Below are positions 1-13,486 of a stretch of 64,000 nt of DNA, piece after piece. The position numbers were made by a program, and so were the translations under genes. The DNA is from Thermodesulfobacteriota bacterium (GTDB lineage Bacteria > Desulfobacterota_D > UBA1144 > Nemesobacterales > Nemesobacteraceae): assembly GCA_965204035.1 (NCBI GenBank), contig OZ241964.1, positions 1,231,933 through 1,295,932 on the forward strand, in the 5' to 3' direction. The first letter of the stretch is position 1, and every line of letters begins with the position of its first letter. Below the pieces are notes generated by a model. That model worked only from the letters and a program-made list of their open reading frames with translations, searched no databases and had not been told where the DNA came from.

Positions 1-266
1 ACGCGGTGATAATGATAGGGGAAATCGGGGGATCCGACGAAGAAGAGGCGGCCGAATACATAAGCGGGAACTTCACTAAGCCCATAGCCGCATTCATCGC
101 GGGAGCCACGGCTCCCAAGGGGAAAAGAATGGGCCACGCGGGAGCCATAATTTCAGGGAGTTCGGGAAGCGCCGAGGACAAGTTCCAGGCACTCGAGCGC
201 GCCGGAGTCACTACCTGCAAGAGCCCGGCCGAGATGGGAGAAGCGCTTAAAAGCGTAATCTCGTAA
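1..266 (+). CDS. sucD: Succinyl-CoA ligase alpha subunit, C-terminal fragment (gene starts upstream of the window)
   Basis: ORF 6..266 translation ([26 protein letters not shown]...) matches the SucD C-terminus; the reading frame is open to the window edge. Confidence 0.8.
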   Translation, partial: AVIMIGEIGGSDEEEAAEYISGNFTKPIAAFIAGATAPKGKRMGHAGAIISGSSGSAEDKFQALERAGVTTCKSPAEMGEALKSVIS

Positions 267-344
267 AGTCCCCAAGACTTGACTGCCACTGCGAACCCTG
301 CTTCTCACACGGGTAATCCTTAAATTGGTTATTATCTTGCCCGT

Positions 345-2876
345 ATGGAACTAAAACTTTTTGAACTCGAGATCTTCAACAACCTTCTCGGAACAATCGC
401 CGAGGAGATGGGTTCTGTTCTCGTAAGAGCGGGATTCTCTCCCAACATAAAGGAAAGAAGGGACCTTTCCTGCGCCATATTCAACTCAGACGGAGAAATG
501 ATCGCCCAGGCTGCCCATATCCCCATACACCTGGGATCAATGTCGTTTGCCGCAAGATCGGTAGCGACGGAGAATCTCTCCCCGGGAGACGTCTTCATAC
601 TTAACGATCCTTTCCGCGGCGGAACGCATCTTCCGGACGTAACGTGCGTAGCGCCAGTGTTCGTCGACGGGAAGCCCGAATTTCTGCTCGCCTCGCGAGC
701 CCACCACGCTGACATAGGGGGCGACACCCCGGGGTCCATGCCGCTTTCAACGACAATCCACGAAGAGGGAATCATAATACCCCCGACCAGGATACGGGAA
801 GAGGGAATACTGCGTGAAACCCTTCTCCGGGAAATAATCCTATCGACCAGGGATCATGAGGAAAGAGAAGGGGATCTTCGGGCGCAGATAGCCTCGCTTG
901 ATACCGGGGAGAGAAGGATGCTGGAACTGCTCGAAAAATATTCTCTTTTGAAAGTAAACCAGGCCGCTTCCAGGCTTCTTGACTACGGTGAGAGGCTCAT
1001 GAGAAACGCCATAGAGAAAATACCGGACGGCAATTATGTCTTTATTGACTACCTTGAAGACGACGGAGCGGGAACGAGGAATATACCAATACAGGTAAAA
1101 ATAGAGATAAGCGGGGACGCGGCGGCGGTCGATTTCAGAGGAAGCTCGAAAAAGGTCAAGGGATGTCTTAACGCTCCCCTCAGCGTAACCACCTCCGCGG
1201 TTCTTTACTGTTTTCAGTGTCTCTCGGGCGAAGACACGCCCCTTAACTCGGGAACCCTGAGACCGATTGAAATCAGAGTCGATGAGGACTCGATTCTTAA
1301 CGCCAGGTACCCGAGCGCGGTCGTCGGGGGAAACGTCGAGACGTCCCAGAGGATAGTGGACGTGGTGTTCGGAGCGCTCGCGGAGGCAATACCCGAAACG
1401 ATACAGGCGGCAAGCGCGGGAACGATGAGCAACCTCGCGTTCGGTTCGCCGCAAGACGCACCTTCCGATACCTCCTACGCCTACTACGAAACAATAGCCG
1501 GCGGAATGGGAGGACGGTCGGGCGCGGGAGGAGCGAACGCAGTGCACACGCACATGACAAACACGCTCAACACCCCCGTTGAGGCAATCGAGAAGGAACT
1601 TCCCGTAATGGTGGAATCATACTCCGTAAGAAAGGGGTCAGGAGGCACCGGCAGGTTTCCGGGCGGGGATGGAATCATAAGGCAGTACAGGTTCCTTGAG
1701 GACTCTCATGTATCCCTCATAACCGAGAGAAGGGAGAAGCGGCCCTGGGGAGCCCGCGGCGGAGAAGACGGAAAAAGCGGGCGAAACACGCTTGTGTCGG
1801 ATGGGGAAGAGAAAAAGCTGCCCGCGAAATGCTCTATTGCGGTAAAAGCCGGAGAAGCGGTAAGAATCGAGACTCCGGGAGGGGGAGGATGGGGAGCGCC
1901 CGTCCCGGCTAATTTTTTCACCATCGACGCTCACCAGGACATAGCCTTTCACGTGCGCCACTACAAAAGGGACTTCGAGAACCCCGAGGTTCCCTGCATG
2001 ATAACCCTGCCCGGACTCAGACAGAGCGGGGCCAGGGTTGTTTTCAACACCGTTTTCATACACCCGAAGCACAAACCCGCGGGTTCCGTCGCGGAAGCCA
2101 TGGCCCAGCTTGACGTGTACGACGGCATATACAGTGAACACTCAGAGAGCGTCTTCCAGATAAAAAACAGACGGGATGTAGACAGACTGCTGGAAGGCGA
2201 AAAAATCGGATTTTTCACTCTCATGGAGGGAGCGGACCCGATCTTGAACCCGGAACATCTTATTGAATACCAAAAAAGGGGCGTACGGGCTCTCGGCCTT
2301 TCCTGGAACAACAGGAACATCTACGCTTCCGGGCCCGAAAGCAGCGAAGGGCTATCCCCGCAGGGAAATGAGCTTCTGCGACAGATGAACGCCTTGGGCA
2401 TCACGCTTGACCTCTCCCACCTTAACGAACGCTGTTTCTGGGAAAGCGTGGAGCTAACCGAGCTCATACCCGTTGCGACCCACTCAAACTCAAGAGCGCT
2501 TGTTGATCATCCCAGGAACCTGCGTGACGAGCAGCTTTGCGCCATTTCCGAAAGAGGCGGGGTAATCGGGGTTGTGTTCTACGGAAAATTTCTAAGAAAG
2601 GCGGAGGGATGCGCCACCCTCGAAGACATATACGCCCACATAGACCACATCATAAGCGTCTGCGGCGAGAACCACGTGGGAGTGGGAACCGACATGGACG
2701 GAGCGCCGGTAAAGGATTTCCCCGAAGAGATGAGACACATATCCAAACTCCCCGCACTCCCCGAGTATCTTCTGGGCAAAGGGTATCCGAGGGGGGTTGT
2801 GGAGAAAATAATGGGAATGAACTTCCTTCGGGTAATAAAAACGAACCTCGGAAAGGTACCGGACGACATTGAGTAA
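345..2876 (+). CDS. Fusion protein: hydantoinase B/oxoprolinase (HyuB-type) N-terminal domain (~aa 1-515) plus membrane dipeptidase (peptidase M19) C-terminal domain (~aa 520-843)
   Basis: 843 aa single ORF. The N-terminal part resembles HyuB/5-oxoprolinase B subunits. After TIDAHQDIAFHV the sequence follows the renal-dipeptidase M19 pattern (ALGLSWNNRN, LDLSHLNERCFWE, ATHSNSRAL, VGVGTDMDGA). Confidence 0.7.
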   Translation: MELKLFELEIFNNLLGTIAEEMGSVLVRAGFSPNIKERRDLSCAIFNSDGEMIAQAAHIPIHLGSMSFAARSVATENLSPGDVFILNDPFRGGTHLPDVTCVAPVFVDGKPEFLLASRAHHADIGGDTPGSMPLSTTIHEEGIIIPPTRIREEGILRETLLREIILSTRDHEEREGDLRAQIASLDTGERRMLELLEKYSLLKVNQAASRLLDYGERLMRNAIEKIPDGNYVFIDYLEDDGAGTRNIPIQVKIEISGDAAAVDFRGSSKKVKGCLNAPLSVTTSAVLYCFQCLSGEDTPLNSGTLRPIEIRVDEDSILNARYPSAVVGGNVETSQRIVDVVFGALAEAIPETIQAASAGTMSNLAFGSPQDAPSDTSYAYYETIAGGMGGRSGAGGANAVHTHMTNTLNTPVEAIEKELPVMVESYSVRKGSGGTGRFPGGDGIIRQYRFLEDSHVSLITERREKRPWGARGGEDGKSGRNTLVSDGEEKKLPAKCSIAVKAGEAVRIETPGGGGWGAPVPANFFTIDAHQDIAFHVRHYKRDFENPEVPCMITLPGLRQSGARVVFNTVFIHPKHKPAGSVAEAMAQLDVYDGIYSEHSESVFQIKNRRDVDRLLEGEKIGFFTLMEGADPILNPEHLIEYQKRGVRALGLSWNNRNIYASGPESSEGLSPQGNELLRQMNALGITLDLSHLNERCFWESVELTELIPVATHSNSRALVDHPRNLRDEQLCAISERGGVIGVVFYGKFLRKAEGCATLEDIYAHIDHIISVCGENHVGVGTDMDGAPVKDFPEEMRHISKLPALPEYLLGKGYPRGVVEKIMGMNFLRVIKTNLGKVPDDIE

Positions 2877-2940
2877 CGCATCGCCGCCCTGCCTCCGCTT
2901 TACCCTTCCCTACCGCGTCTTTCCAATGGTACAGGCAAGT

Positions 2941-4188
2941 TTACTGAACAAGAAAAATGCCTTGATTCGTTTCCCTGCCGGAGATCTGTATCTCAAACAA
3001 CTTTGTCAGCAACGCGAAAGTCGCTTTGCTTTCATGATCCCTAGCGTCGATGTAAAACCAGTGCCCGTTATGTCTGGCAAAGACCGAAGCGCAGTCTCCA
3101 CCAGTTCGGGGACCTGAACAAATCATCTGAGGTTGCGTATCGCTTGATATGACTTCGAATCGCCGTCCGGCGGGACTGCAGTCCCAGCCATCTCGCTTTT
3201 CGCCCTCTTTATCGCAACTTTCGCTGTCGTTGATCTTTGAGATTCTGACTATTTCCCTGTCCCCGAGGGGCACTTTCACGTTCTGCGACAGATAGTGCAT
3301 TATTCCGAATAATGAGCGGGTTCTCACTTTTATCTCGTTTGTTTCGGGGCTGGACCTAGCTTCAGAGTCGGTCAGTATTAAAATTCCTCCTCCACCTTTA
3401 ATCTTCAGAAGATCCGTCAACTTTTTCCATTGCGGGTCACTATTGTTTTCGCACAAGCAATCAAAGTTGTTATCCAGAAAGCAGGCTATTATTTTTTTTG
3501 GCGATTCGCTTTTTTTGGTTTCGGTAGGGGAACAGATCTCATCAGGGCTGTCGGCATTGAAAAACCTTAATTTATTCTGTTGCCTCAAATCTTTTAATGC
3601 GTCAAGTATATCATCGTATTTGTTGAATTCTTCCTGTTTTGGCAAACGCTTCGGCGTAGGTCCGGATGCAAACGGGGCATTTAATGCGGGGCCGAAACGC
3701 TCAACCGCTATAGCCAGAACGCGTTCTACCGAGAACCCTGACTGGGTAAGACCAAACACTGTCTCAAGCCCCAAACGTTGATTCATGGTCGTATTCAGTT
3801 CCTTGCCTACAAGCGGACTGTATTGCAGGGTAGTTTCACGGGCACCGCCTATTCCCACCTGCCCTGAGAGACTATTTTCGTTTCCCACGCTATTGTCTAC
3901 TGAGGAGCCAAGGACGCTGGTTACCGCGCCGGTTAATGAAACCTGACTCGGCGCCTGTTTGTATTTTTCCGTTACCGTTCCGACGGTCGTAAACACGGGC
4001 GGTTCTCCATAACGCATGCGCACCAGGTTTTTAAGCATCTGGCTGTCTCTGGCCACAGCCATCTGATCAATAAAGTTGCTTTGCCATTTTTCGTTCCAAT
4101 TCATAGTCTGGCAGCCGGCCAGCGCCAAAGCGACTGACACGACAACTGCAAACAGGATAAAGGAACTGATTCTACGGTTTTTGGACAT
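2941..4188 (-). CDS. Hypothetical lipoprotein (signal peptide plus LAGC lipobox), Cys-rich central region, lower GC than its neighbours
   Basis: The N-terminus MSKNRRISSFILFAVVVSVALALAGC is a classic lipoprotein signal. No recognisable catalytic motif. The gene is AT-richer than the flanking genes. Confidence 0.6.
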   Translation of the reverse strand: MSKNRRISSFILFAVVVSVALALAGCQTMNWNEKWQSNFIDQMAVARDSQMLKNLVRMRYGEPPVFTTVGTVTEKYKQAPSQVSLTGAVTSVLGSSVDNSVGNENSLSGQVGIGGARETTLQYSPLVGKELNTTMNQRLGLETVFGLTQSGFSVERVLAIAVERFGPALNAPFASGPTPKRLPKQEEFNKYDDILDALKDLRQQNKLRFFNADSPDEICSPTETKKSESPKKIIACFLDNNFDCLCENNSDPQWKKLTDLLKIKGGGGILILTDSEARSSPETNEIKVRTRSLFGIMHYLSQNVKVPLGDREIVRISKINDSESCDKEGEKRDGWDCSPAGRRFEVISSDTQPQMICSGPRTGGDCASVFARHNGHWFYIDARDHESKATFALLTKLFEIQISGRETNQGIFLVQ

Positions 4189-4250
4189 GGTTATAGCTTA
4201 AGCTTTTAAAAATCCAAGAGCTGTTTGGATGAAAAAACCAGTGAAGGCAG

Positions 4251-4673
4251 TCAACCCAGGTTTATCCTGTACTTTCCGGGGCCGGAAATCATCAGCACCA
4301 CGTAAACGAAAAGGTATTCAATCGCGTGTGAAGCACCCTGCCATCCCGCCGCGGGTGACTCCTCCGGAAGATACAGGTGAAAGAGAACCGCTACGATCAT
4401 GTTAACGGACAGAAAAAAAGTCGCAGGCAGAAAGAAAATCCCCGCGATTATGAAAACCGAGCAGAAAGACTCGGCAAAAGCCGCCATAAAGCCCCAGAAA
4501 ACCGGATAAAAATCAATGCCGAAGGTCTGAAGTGACCCCCCGACTTTAGCCCATCTTTCGGGACCTCCGATCAGCTTTCCGTAGCCGTGAAAAATAAGCA
4601 TCGAGAAGCCGAAGCCCACTCTGAGCAGAAAAATTCCTAAATCCCAGTCCCTGTCTCTGCCGTAACTTAACAT
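4251..4673 (-). CDS. DoxX-family membrane protein
   Basis: 140 aa with four hydrophobic helices and a DoxX-like pattern (FLLRVGFGFSMLIFHGYGKL). Confidence 0.6.
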   Translation of the reverse strand: MLSYGRDRDWDLGIFLLRVGFGFSMLIFHGYGKLIGGPERWAKVGGSLQTFGIDFYPVFWGFMAAFAESFCSVFIIAGIFFLPATFFLSVNMIVAVLFHLYLPEESPAAGWQGASHAIEYLFVYVVLMISGPGKYRINLG

Positions 4674-4744
4674 GCTTTATACCTTATACTAATAAGGCTT
4701 GTTAGACAAGGTCTCCCGTGGTAAACCCCCACCAAGTGGTTTTA

Positions 4745-5545
4745 TCAAACAAGATCTTCCCCGCCGTCAACCCCTATCACGTTACCCGTGATCCAGGAGG
4801 CTTCGTCAAGAGAGAGAAGCGCGATGGCTTTTGCCACATCTTCCGGTGTCGTCAGTCTTCCTGAAGGGTTCGCCGCGAGAGCGTGGTCAATGAGCTTATC
4901 GTTTCCCGGGATCTTTCTCAGCGCTGGTGTATCTGTTACCCCGGCCATTATTGAGTTCGCGGTAATGCCGCTCGGGGCAAGTTCGACGGCAAGCTGGCGT
5001 ATGTGGGCCTCTATGGCCGCCTTTGCGGCCGATACGGCGCCGTAAGTAGGCCATACCCTGTGGCTCCCCGAACTCGTCATGGCAAATATTCTCCCGCCCT
5101 CGCCCATTAACCCTTCCATAACAAGGTCCTGGGCCCAGTAAACGATGCTGTGGGCCATAACGTCAAGTGTCATGTCAATGTTCCTGCTGTTAAGAACGTC
5201 CCTGCGTTCATCCGCAACATAGCGTTTCAGCGTCCCGAAGGCAACCGAATGTATCATCACCTTTACCCGGGAGCCATCCTGCCCCACCACGTCCTTCATG
5301 TCCGCGATGACTTCCTGCCTTTTCTCAGCGTCGGCCACGTTTACGTTATAGAACCTGACATCGCTTCCCGTGTTTTTTATCCCCTCAACTATGCCCTCCA
5401 CCTTCGCCATCGTGCCCCTTCGGTCAAGGTGCACGCCGAAAATATTCATTCCCCGGCGCGCAAGCTCAAGGCTGCAGGCCTCCCCGAAGCCGCTTGAAGA
5501 GCCGAGAACAAGCGCCCAACTGCCTTTAATAGAGTTCTCAAACAA
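4745..5545 (-). CDS. Short-chain dehydrogenase/reductase, enoyl-ACP reductase-like (FabI/FabL-type Y-x6-K active site)
   Basis: N-terminal Rossmann motif ALVLGSSSGFGEA. YGAVSAAK gives a Tyr-x6-Lys spacing typical of enoyl reductases rather than the classic YxxxK. Confidence 0.6.
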   Translation of the reverse strand: MFENSIKGSWALVLGSSSGFGEACSLELARRGMNIFGVHLDRRGTMAKVEGIVEGIKNTGSDVRFYNVNVADAEKRQEVIADMKDVVGQDGSRVKVMIHSVAFGTLKRYVADERRDVLNSRNIDMTLDVMAHSIVYWAQDLVMEGLMGEGGRIFAMTSSGSHRVWPTYGAVSAAKAAIEAHIRQLAVELAPSGITANSIMAGVTDTPALRKIPGNDKLIDHALAANPSGRLTTPEDVAKAIALLSLDEASWITGNVIGVDGGEDLV

Positions 5546-5624
5546 TCTGTGCTACCTCTCTAGATATCGAATTTAAGAAGTGGAATCGTACACGATTCCC
5601 CCTCCTTTTTCTAAACGCGACGGA

Positions 5625-7145
5625 TCACTGCAACCCCTCGTCCGTCTCCTTGCCGGAAGAAACCGCGTATTCCGAGAGTTCGGACCTCTCCGAGAAATCA
5701 GGGGGAAGTTCCTTCGAGGTTTTTATTCCTAGCTCCTTGAGATCCAAGGCTCTTTTCACGAGGTTGCCCTTGCCGTCTCGAAGACTGTTCATCGCTTTCT
5801 GATAGGCCTGATCGGACTGTTCTATGCGCTTTCCGACTTCTCCAAGATGCTCAGTGAAAGTCACGAACTTGTCGTACATCCTGCCGGCGCTCTCGGCTAT
5901 CTCCCTGGCGTTCGCGTTCTGGTACTCAAACTGCCAGATGCTGTGTATTGTTCTAAGCGTCGCGAGAAGAGTCGAGGGACAGACGATTATAACGTTCTTC
6001 TCGAAAGCCTCGGAGTAAAGATCCCTCTCGGTCTCTATGGCCAGCATGAAAGCGGATTCAAGCGGAACGAACATCAAAACGTAGTTGAGGCTCGTGATTC
6101 CGGGAATATCTTCGTATGCCTTGGAACTGAGTTCCTTTATGTGGTTTCGAAAAGAGAGAACATGCTGCCTCAGGTAATCCCCCCTCTCCTCCTCATTCTC
6201 GCAGGACATGTATCTCTCGTAAGCGGTGAGCGAGACCTTGGAGTCGATTACGACGTCTTTTCCCTCGGGAAGATGAACTATCACGTCGGGTCGGAGCGTG
6301 TTGCCGTCCCCGCCCGTGTAGCTCGGCTGTGAGTGATACTCCCTGCCCTCGGACAGGCCCGACATCTCAAGGGCCCTCTCAAGCACTATTTCCCCCCAGG
6401 CGCCCTGGGTCTGCGACTCTCCCTTGAGGGCGGTGGTGAGGTTAACGGCTTCGCGGCTCATCTGCTCGCCCAGGTTCTTGAGGTTCTCTATGTGGGCCTT
6501 GAGGGAAGCCATGTCGCTGCTCGCATCCTTGTGGGTATCGGTGACTTTCTTCTCGAAATCCTTTATCTGCTCGCGGAGGGGATTAAGCAGGGTTTCCATA
6601 TCCGTCTTGTTCTTGTCGGTGAATTTCTTGGTCGTATCCTCGAAGATCCTGTTTCCGAGGTTCTCAAACTCGTCTCCGAGCCTTTTTTTAGCTTCATCAA
6701 GAATGGACAGTTTTTCCTCGAAACCCTTTCTTTCCTGCTCTATGGTCGTGCTGAGCCTTGAGAGAAGGCTTTCTTTTTCGGTAATCTGGGAAGTGAGTTC
6801 CCTAACCTGTCTTTCGAACCCGGAAATCCTGGAATCACGATCCGCAATGGCAGTTTCTTTTTCTTTTACGCTGGATTCAAGGGAGGCTTTCTCGGCATTA
6901 ACGGTATTCGCGGCATCAACCGAGTTTTTAAGTTGTTCTTCAAGTTGAGCACTTTTGCTCCTTGTCTCTTCAAGTTCACCGCTGATGAAAGAAAGCTTGG
7001 TTTCAGCCGACTCGCGCCGGCCCCTTTCCCTAGTCAGATAGTAGGATAACGCGAGGGCAACAATCGCCATCGCTCCCAAGTGGGTAAGTAGGTCAGGGAT
7101 ATTCATTGCAGATTTTATATTGTAAACTATCCGGGCTGATAACAA
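5625..7145 (-). CDS. rmuC: DNA recombination protein RmuC
   Basis: N-terminal TM helix, long coiled-coil region, and a conserved RmuC C-terminal nuclease-like domain (GAWGEIVLERALE...RPDVIVHLPEGKDVVIDSK). Confidence 0.8.
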   Translation of the reverse strand: MLSARIVYNIKSAMNIPDLLTHLGAMAIVALALSYYLTRERGRRESAETKLSFISGELEETRSKSAQLEEQLKNSVDAANTVNAEKASLESSVKEKETAIADRDSRISGFERQVRELTSQITEKESLLSRLSTTIEQERKGFEEKLSILDEAKKRLGDEFENLGNRIFEDTTKKFTDKNKTDMETLLNPLREQIKDFEKKVTDTHKDASSDMASLKAHIENLKNLGEQMSREAVNLTTALKGESQTQGAWGEIVLERALEMSGLSEGREYHSQPSYTGGDGNTLRPDVIVHLPEGKDVVIDSKVSLTAYERYMSCENEEERGDYLRQHVLSFRNHIKELSSKAYEDIPGITSLNYVLMFVPLESAFMLAIETERDLYSEAFEKNVIIVCPSTLLATLRTIHSIWQFEYQNANAREIAESAGRMYDKFVTFTEHLGEVGKRIEQSDQAYQKAMNSLRDGKGNLVKRALDLKELGIKTSKELPPDFSERSELSEYAVSSGKETDEGLQ

Positions 7146-7208
7146 AAATCAGCCTCCACACAGACTTGTAAAAAACCGGCACGCATTTTATCAGGAGGAA
7201 GTAGATAC

Positions 7209-7490
7209 ATGACAGGTTCGAAAACCAAGCATGTTTGGACCATCGCCGAGGCCAAAGCAAAACTTTCCGAAATACTGAGGCTCGCCGAGACGGAAGGCCC
7301 GCAATGTATCGGAGTACGCAAATCCTTCATTCTGATACCCGCTAAGTTGTGGCAAGACAAAAAACCGCCTAGAAAGCATATGGGTAAATGGTTAGTTGAA
7401 AATATGCCGAGGGGGACAAACCTCCCGGTCCCCGACCGTCGCGAGCCTGAACGCGAAATCCCGTTCATTGATGAGAACGACTCCGAATGA
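7209..7490 (+). CDS. Phd/YefM-family antitoxin, upstream copy with no cognate toxin directly following
   Basis: 93 aa with a Phd-like pattern (WTIAEAKAKLSEILRLAE...GVRKSFILIPA). Own RBS GGAGGA. Paralogous to 7564..7842. Confidence 0.65.
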   Translation: MTGSKTKHVWTIAEAKAKLSEILRLAETEGPQCIGVRKSFILIPAKLWQDKKPPRKHMGKWLVENMPRGTNLPVPDRREPEREIPFIDENDSE

Positions 7491-7510
7491 TCGGGGTTGA
7501 TAATAAAACT

Positions 7511-7557
7511 CCTTTATATATACTAGACCATACTAGACTAGCATATATAAAGGAGTT
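7511..7557. promoter_or_regulatory. Perfect 13-bp inverted repeat (CTCCTTTATATAT...ATATATAAAGGAG) with an internal ACTAGAC direct repeat; candidate operator/promoter of the antitoxin-vapC operon
   Basis: Read directly at 7511-7557, immediately upstream of the RBS/ATG of the second antitoxin copy. AT-rich core could be the -10 region. Confidence 0.45.
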
Positions 7558-7563
7558 AGAACT

Positions 7564-7842
7564 ATGAACACTTCCAAAAGCCAGCATGTCTGGACTGTCG
7601 CCGAGGCCAAGGCGAAGCTTTCCGAAATATTGATGCTTGCCGAGACGGAAGGTCCGCAATGTATCGGAGTACGCAAATCCTTCATTCTGATACCCGCTAA
7701 GTTGTGGCAGGACAAAGAATCACCTAAGAAACCTATGGGTCAGTGGCTTCTTGAAAATATGTCCCGGGCAGGGGAGTTTGAAATCCCGCATAACCGAGAG
7801 TCCAAACGCAAAATCCCCTTCATAGAGGACGGTGAGGAGTGA
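7564..7842 (+). CDS. Phd/YefM-family antitoxin (VapB-like), cognate partner of downstream VapC
   Basis: 92 aa paralog of 7209..7490 with long near-identical nucleotide stretches. Its stop overlaps the GTG start of the PIN gene (GTGA). Confidence 0.75.
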   Translation: MNTSKSQHVWTVAEAKAKLSEILMLAETEGPQCIGVRKSFILIPAKLWQDKESPKKPMGQWLLENMSRAGEFEIPHNRESKRKIPFIEDGEE

Positions 7843-8261
7843 GCGGTTACATTCTGGACACCAACGTTATATCGGAACTGACCAGAAAGTACCCTGATCC
7901 AAGAGTGTCAACATTCATATCAGCGCAGAAGGAACAGCTCTGGCTGTCGCCGGTCGTTCTGCATGAGCTTGAATTCGGTCTGCAACTTCTTCCAGAGGGA
8001 AAGCGTCGTTTCGAGTTGTATAGCCTTTTATCAGAGTTCGTCTCTGGACACGAAGACCGTATTCTGCCGCTGGCAAGAAAAGAAGCGGAGTGGGCAGCGC
8101 GGTTCAGGGCACAAGCCAGAAAGTCTGGTCGCGTGCTAGACCTAGGCGACGCACTAATTGCGGGAACCGCAAAAACGCATGATCTCTCTGTAGCCACGCG
8201 AAACATCGGGGATTTTGCCGGACTGGATATCAGAATCACAAATCTCTGGGAAACGCAATAG
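7839..8261 (+). CDS. vapC: PIN-domain ribonuclease toxin VapC
   Basis: 140 aa. N-terminus ILDTNVISEL with the conserved acidic residues. Toxin-antitoxin overlap with the upstream antitoxin. Confidence 0.85.
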   Translation: MSGYILDTNVISELTRKYPDPRVSTFISAQKEQLWLSPVVLHELEFGLQLLPEGKRRFELYSLLSEFVSGHEDRILPLARKEAEWAARFRAQARKSGRVLDLGDALIAGTAKTHDLSVATRNIGDFAGLDIRITNLWETQ

Positions 8262-8383
8262 ATAACACTTTCACGGGGAAGCCTTGCTTATGAAAGGTCG
8301 CCTTCAACTTGGGGAGAAACCCTTGGCAACTGAATATAACGCTGAGAAAAATTGTGTGCTATGTTGGTATCGAGAATTTTCAA

Positions 8384-11338
<2,955 letters not shown>

Positions 11339-11444
11339 GAGGCGTGAAAATCCTCGATAATACTAACAACACGATCAATTCTGTTTCTCAGCGTTATATT
11401 CAATTGTCAAAGATCAAAAAAGCATTCGAAATTCTTTTTTTATA

Positions 11445-11517
11445 TGGAGGTGAACGGGCTCGAACCGTCGACCTCCTGCTTGCAAAGCAGGCGCTCTCCC
11501 AACTGAGCTACACCCCC
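11445..11517 (-). tRNA. tRNA-Ala(TGC) in the 16S-23S spacer (CCA not encoded)
   Basis: Reverse complement GGGGGTGTAGCTCAGTTGGGAGAGCGCCTGCTTTGCAAGCAGGAGGTCGACGGTTCGAGCCCGTTCACCTCCA forms a cloverleaf with anticodon TGC. Confidence 0.9.
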
Positions 11518-11520
11518 TAT

Positions 11521-11597
<77 letters not shown>

Positions 11598-11677
11598 CCT
11601 GTTGCTTTTTAAGCGCGGGAAATACTTTTTCGTAAAAAGCAGACGACGAGCGAAAAAAAGACAGATATCTCCGTGAA

Positions 11678-13211
<1,534 letters not shown>

Positions 13212-13394
13212 AAGAATTTAAAAAGAATTTACGGATACTGCTCTAGTTCGCCCGCTATCGTCTGCTATTAAATTTTCAAAGATCAAGTTATCAAAATGGG
13301 TGGAATATAGTACTCACCCACCGGAAATTGTCAATTTAAAAAGAACAAGAAAAACAGAACAACTTCAAACAAAAAAATGAAAGTGAGCCATCAT

Positions 13395-13432
13395 ACTAAC
13401 GGACGGTTTCGGTTTGGCAAGGGCTTGTTGAA
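13395..13432 (-). promoter_or_regulatory. Candidate rRNA operon promoter (TTGCCA, ~17 nt spacer, TAGTAT/AGTATG) on the minus strand
   Basis: The reverse complement reads TTGCCAAACCGAAACCGTCCGTTAGTATGATGG, about 190 nt upstream of the 16S 5' end. Weak hexamer matches only. Confidence 0.3.
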
Positions 13433-13486
13433 AATTTATTTTTCTGAGCCTTCCCGAGAAGGTACACTTGTTCTGGTAGGAAGCGA

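Noticed and set aside
7127-7715. Paired minus-strand ORFs 7127-7468 and 7533-7715 with similar translations
   Set aside because: Mirror images of the duplicated antitoxin genes on the coding strand; their similarity merely reflects that duplication.
8262-8383. Search for a 5S rRNA between vapC and the 23S 3' end
   Set aside because: No 5S-like conserved blocks or helices are recognisable. Reported instead as absence of 5S from the operon.
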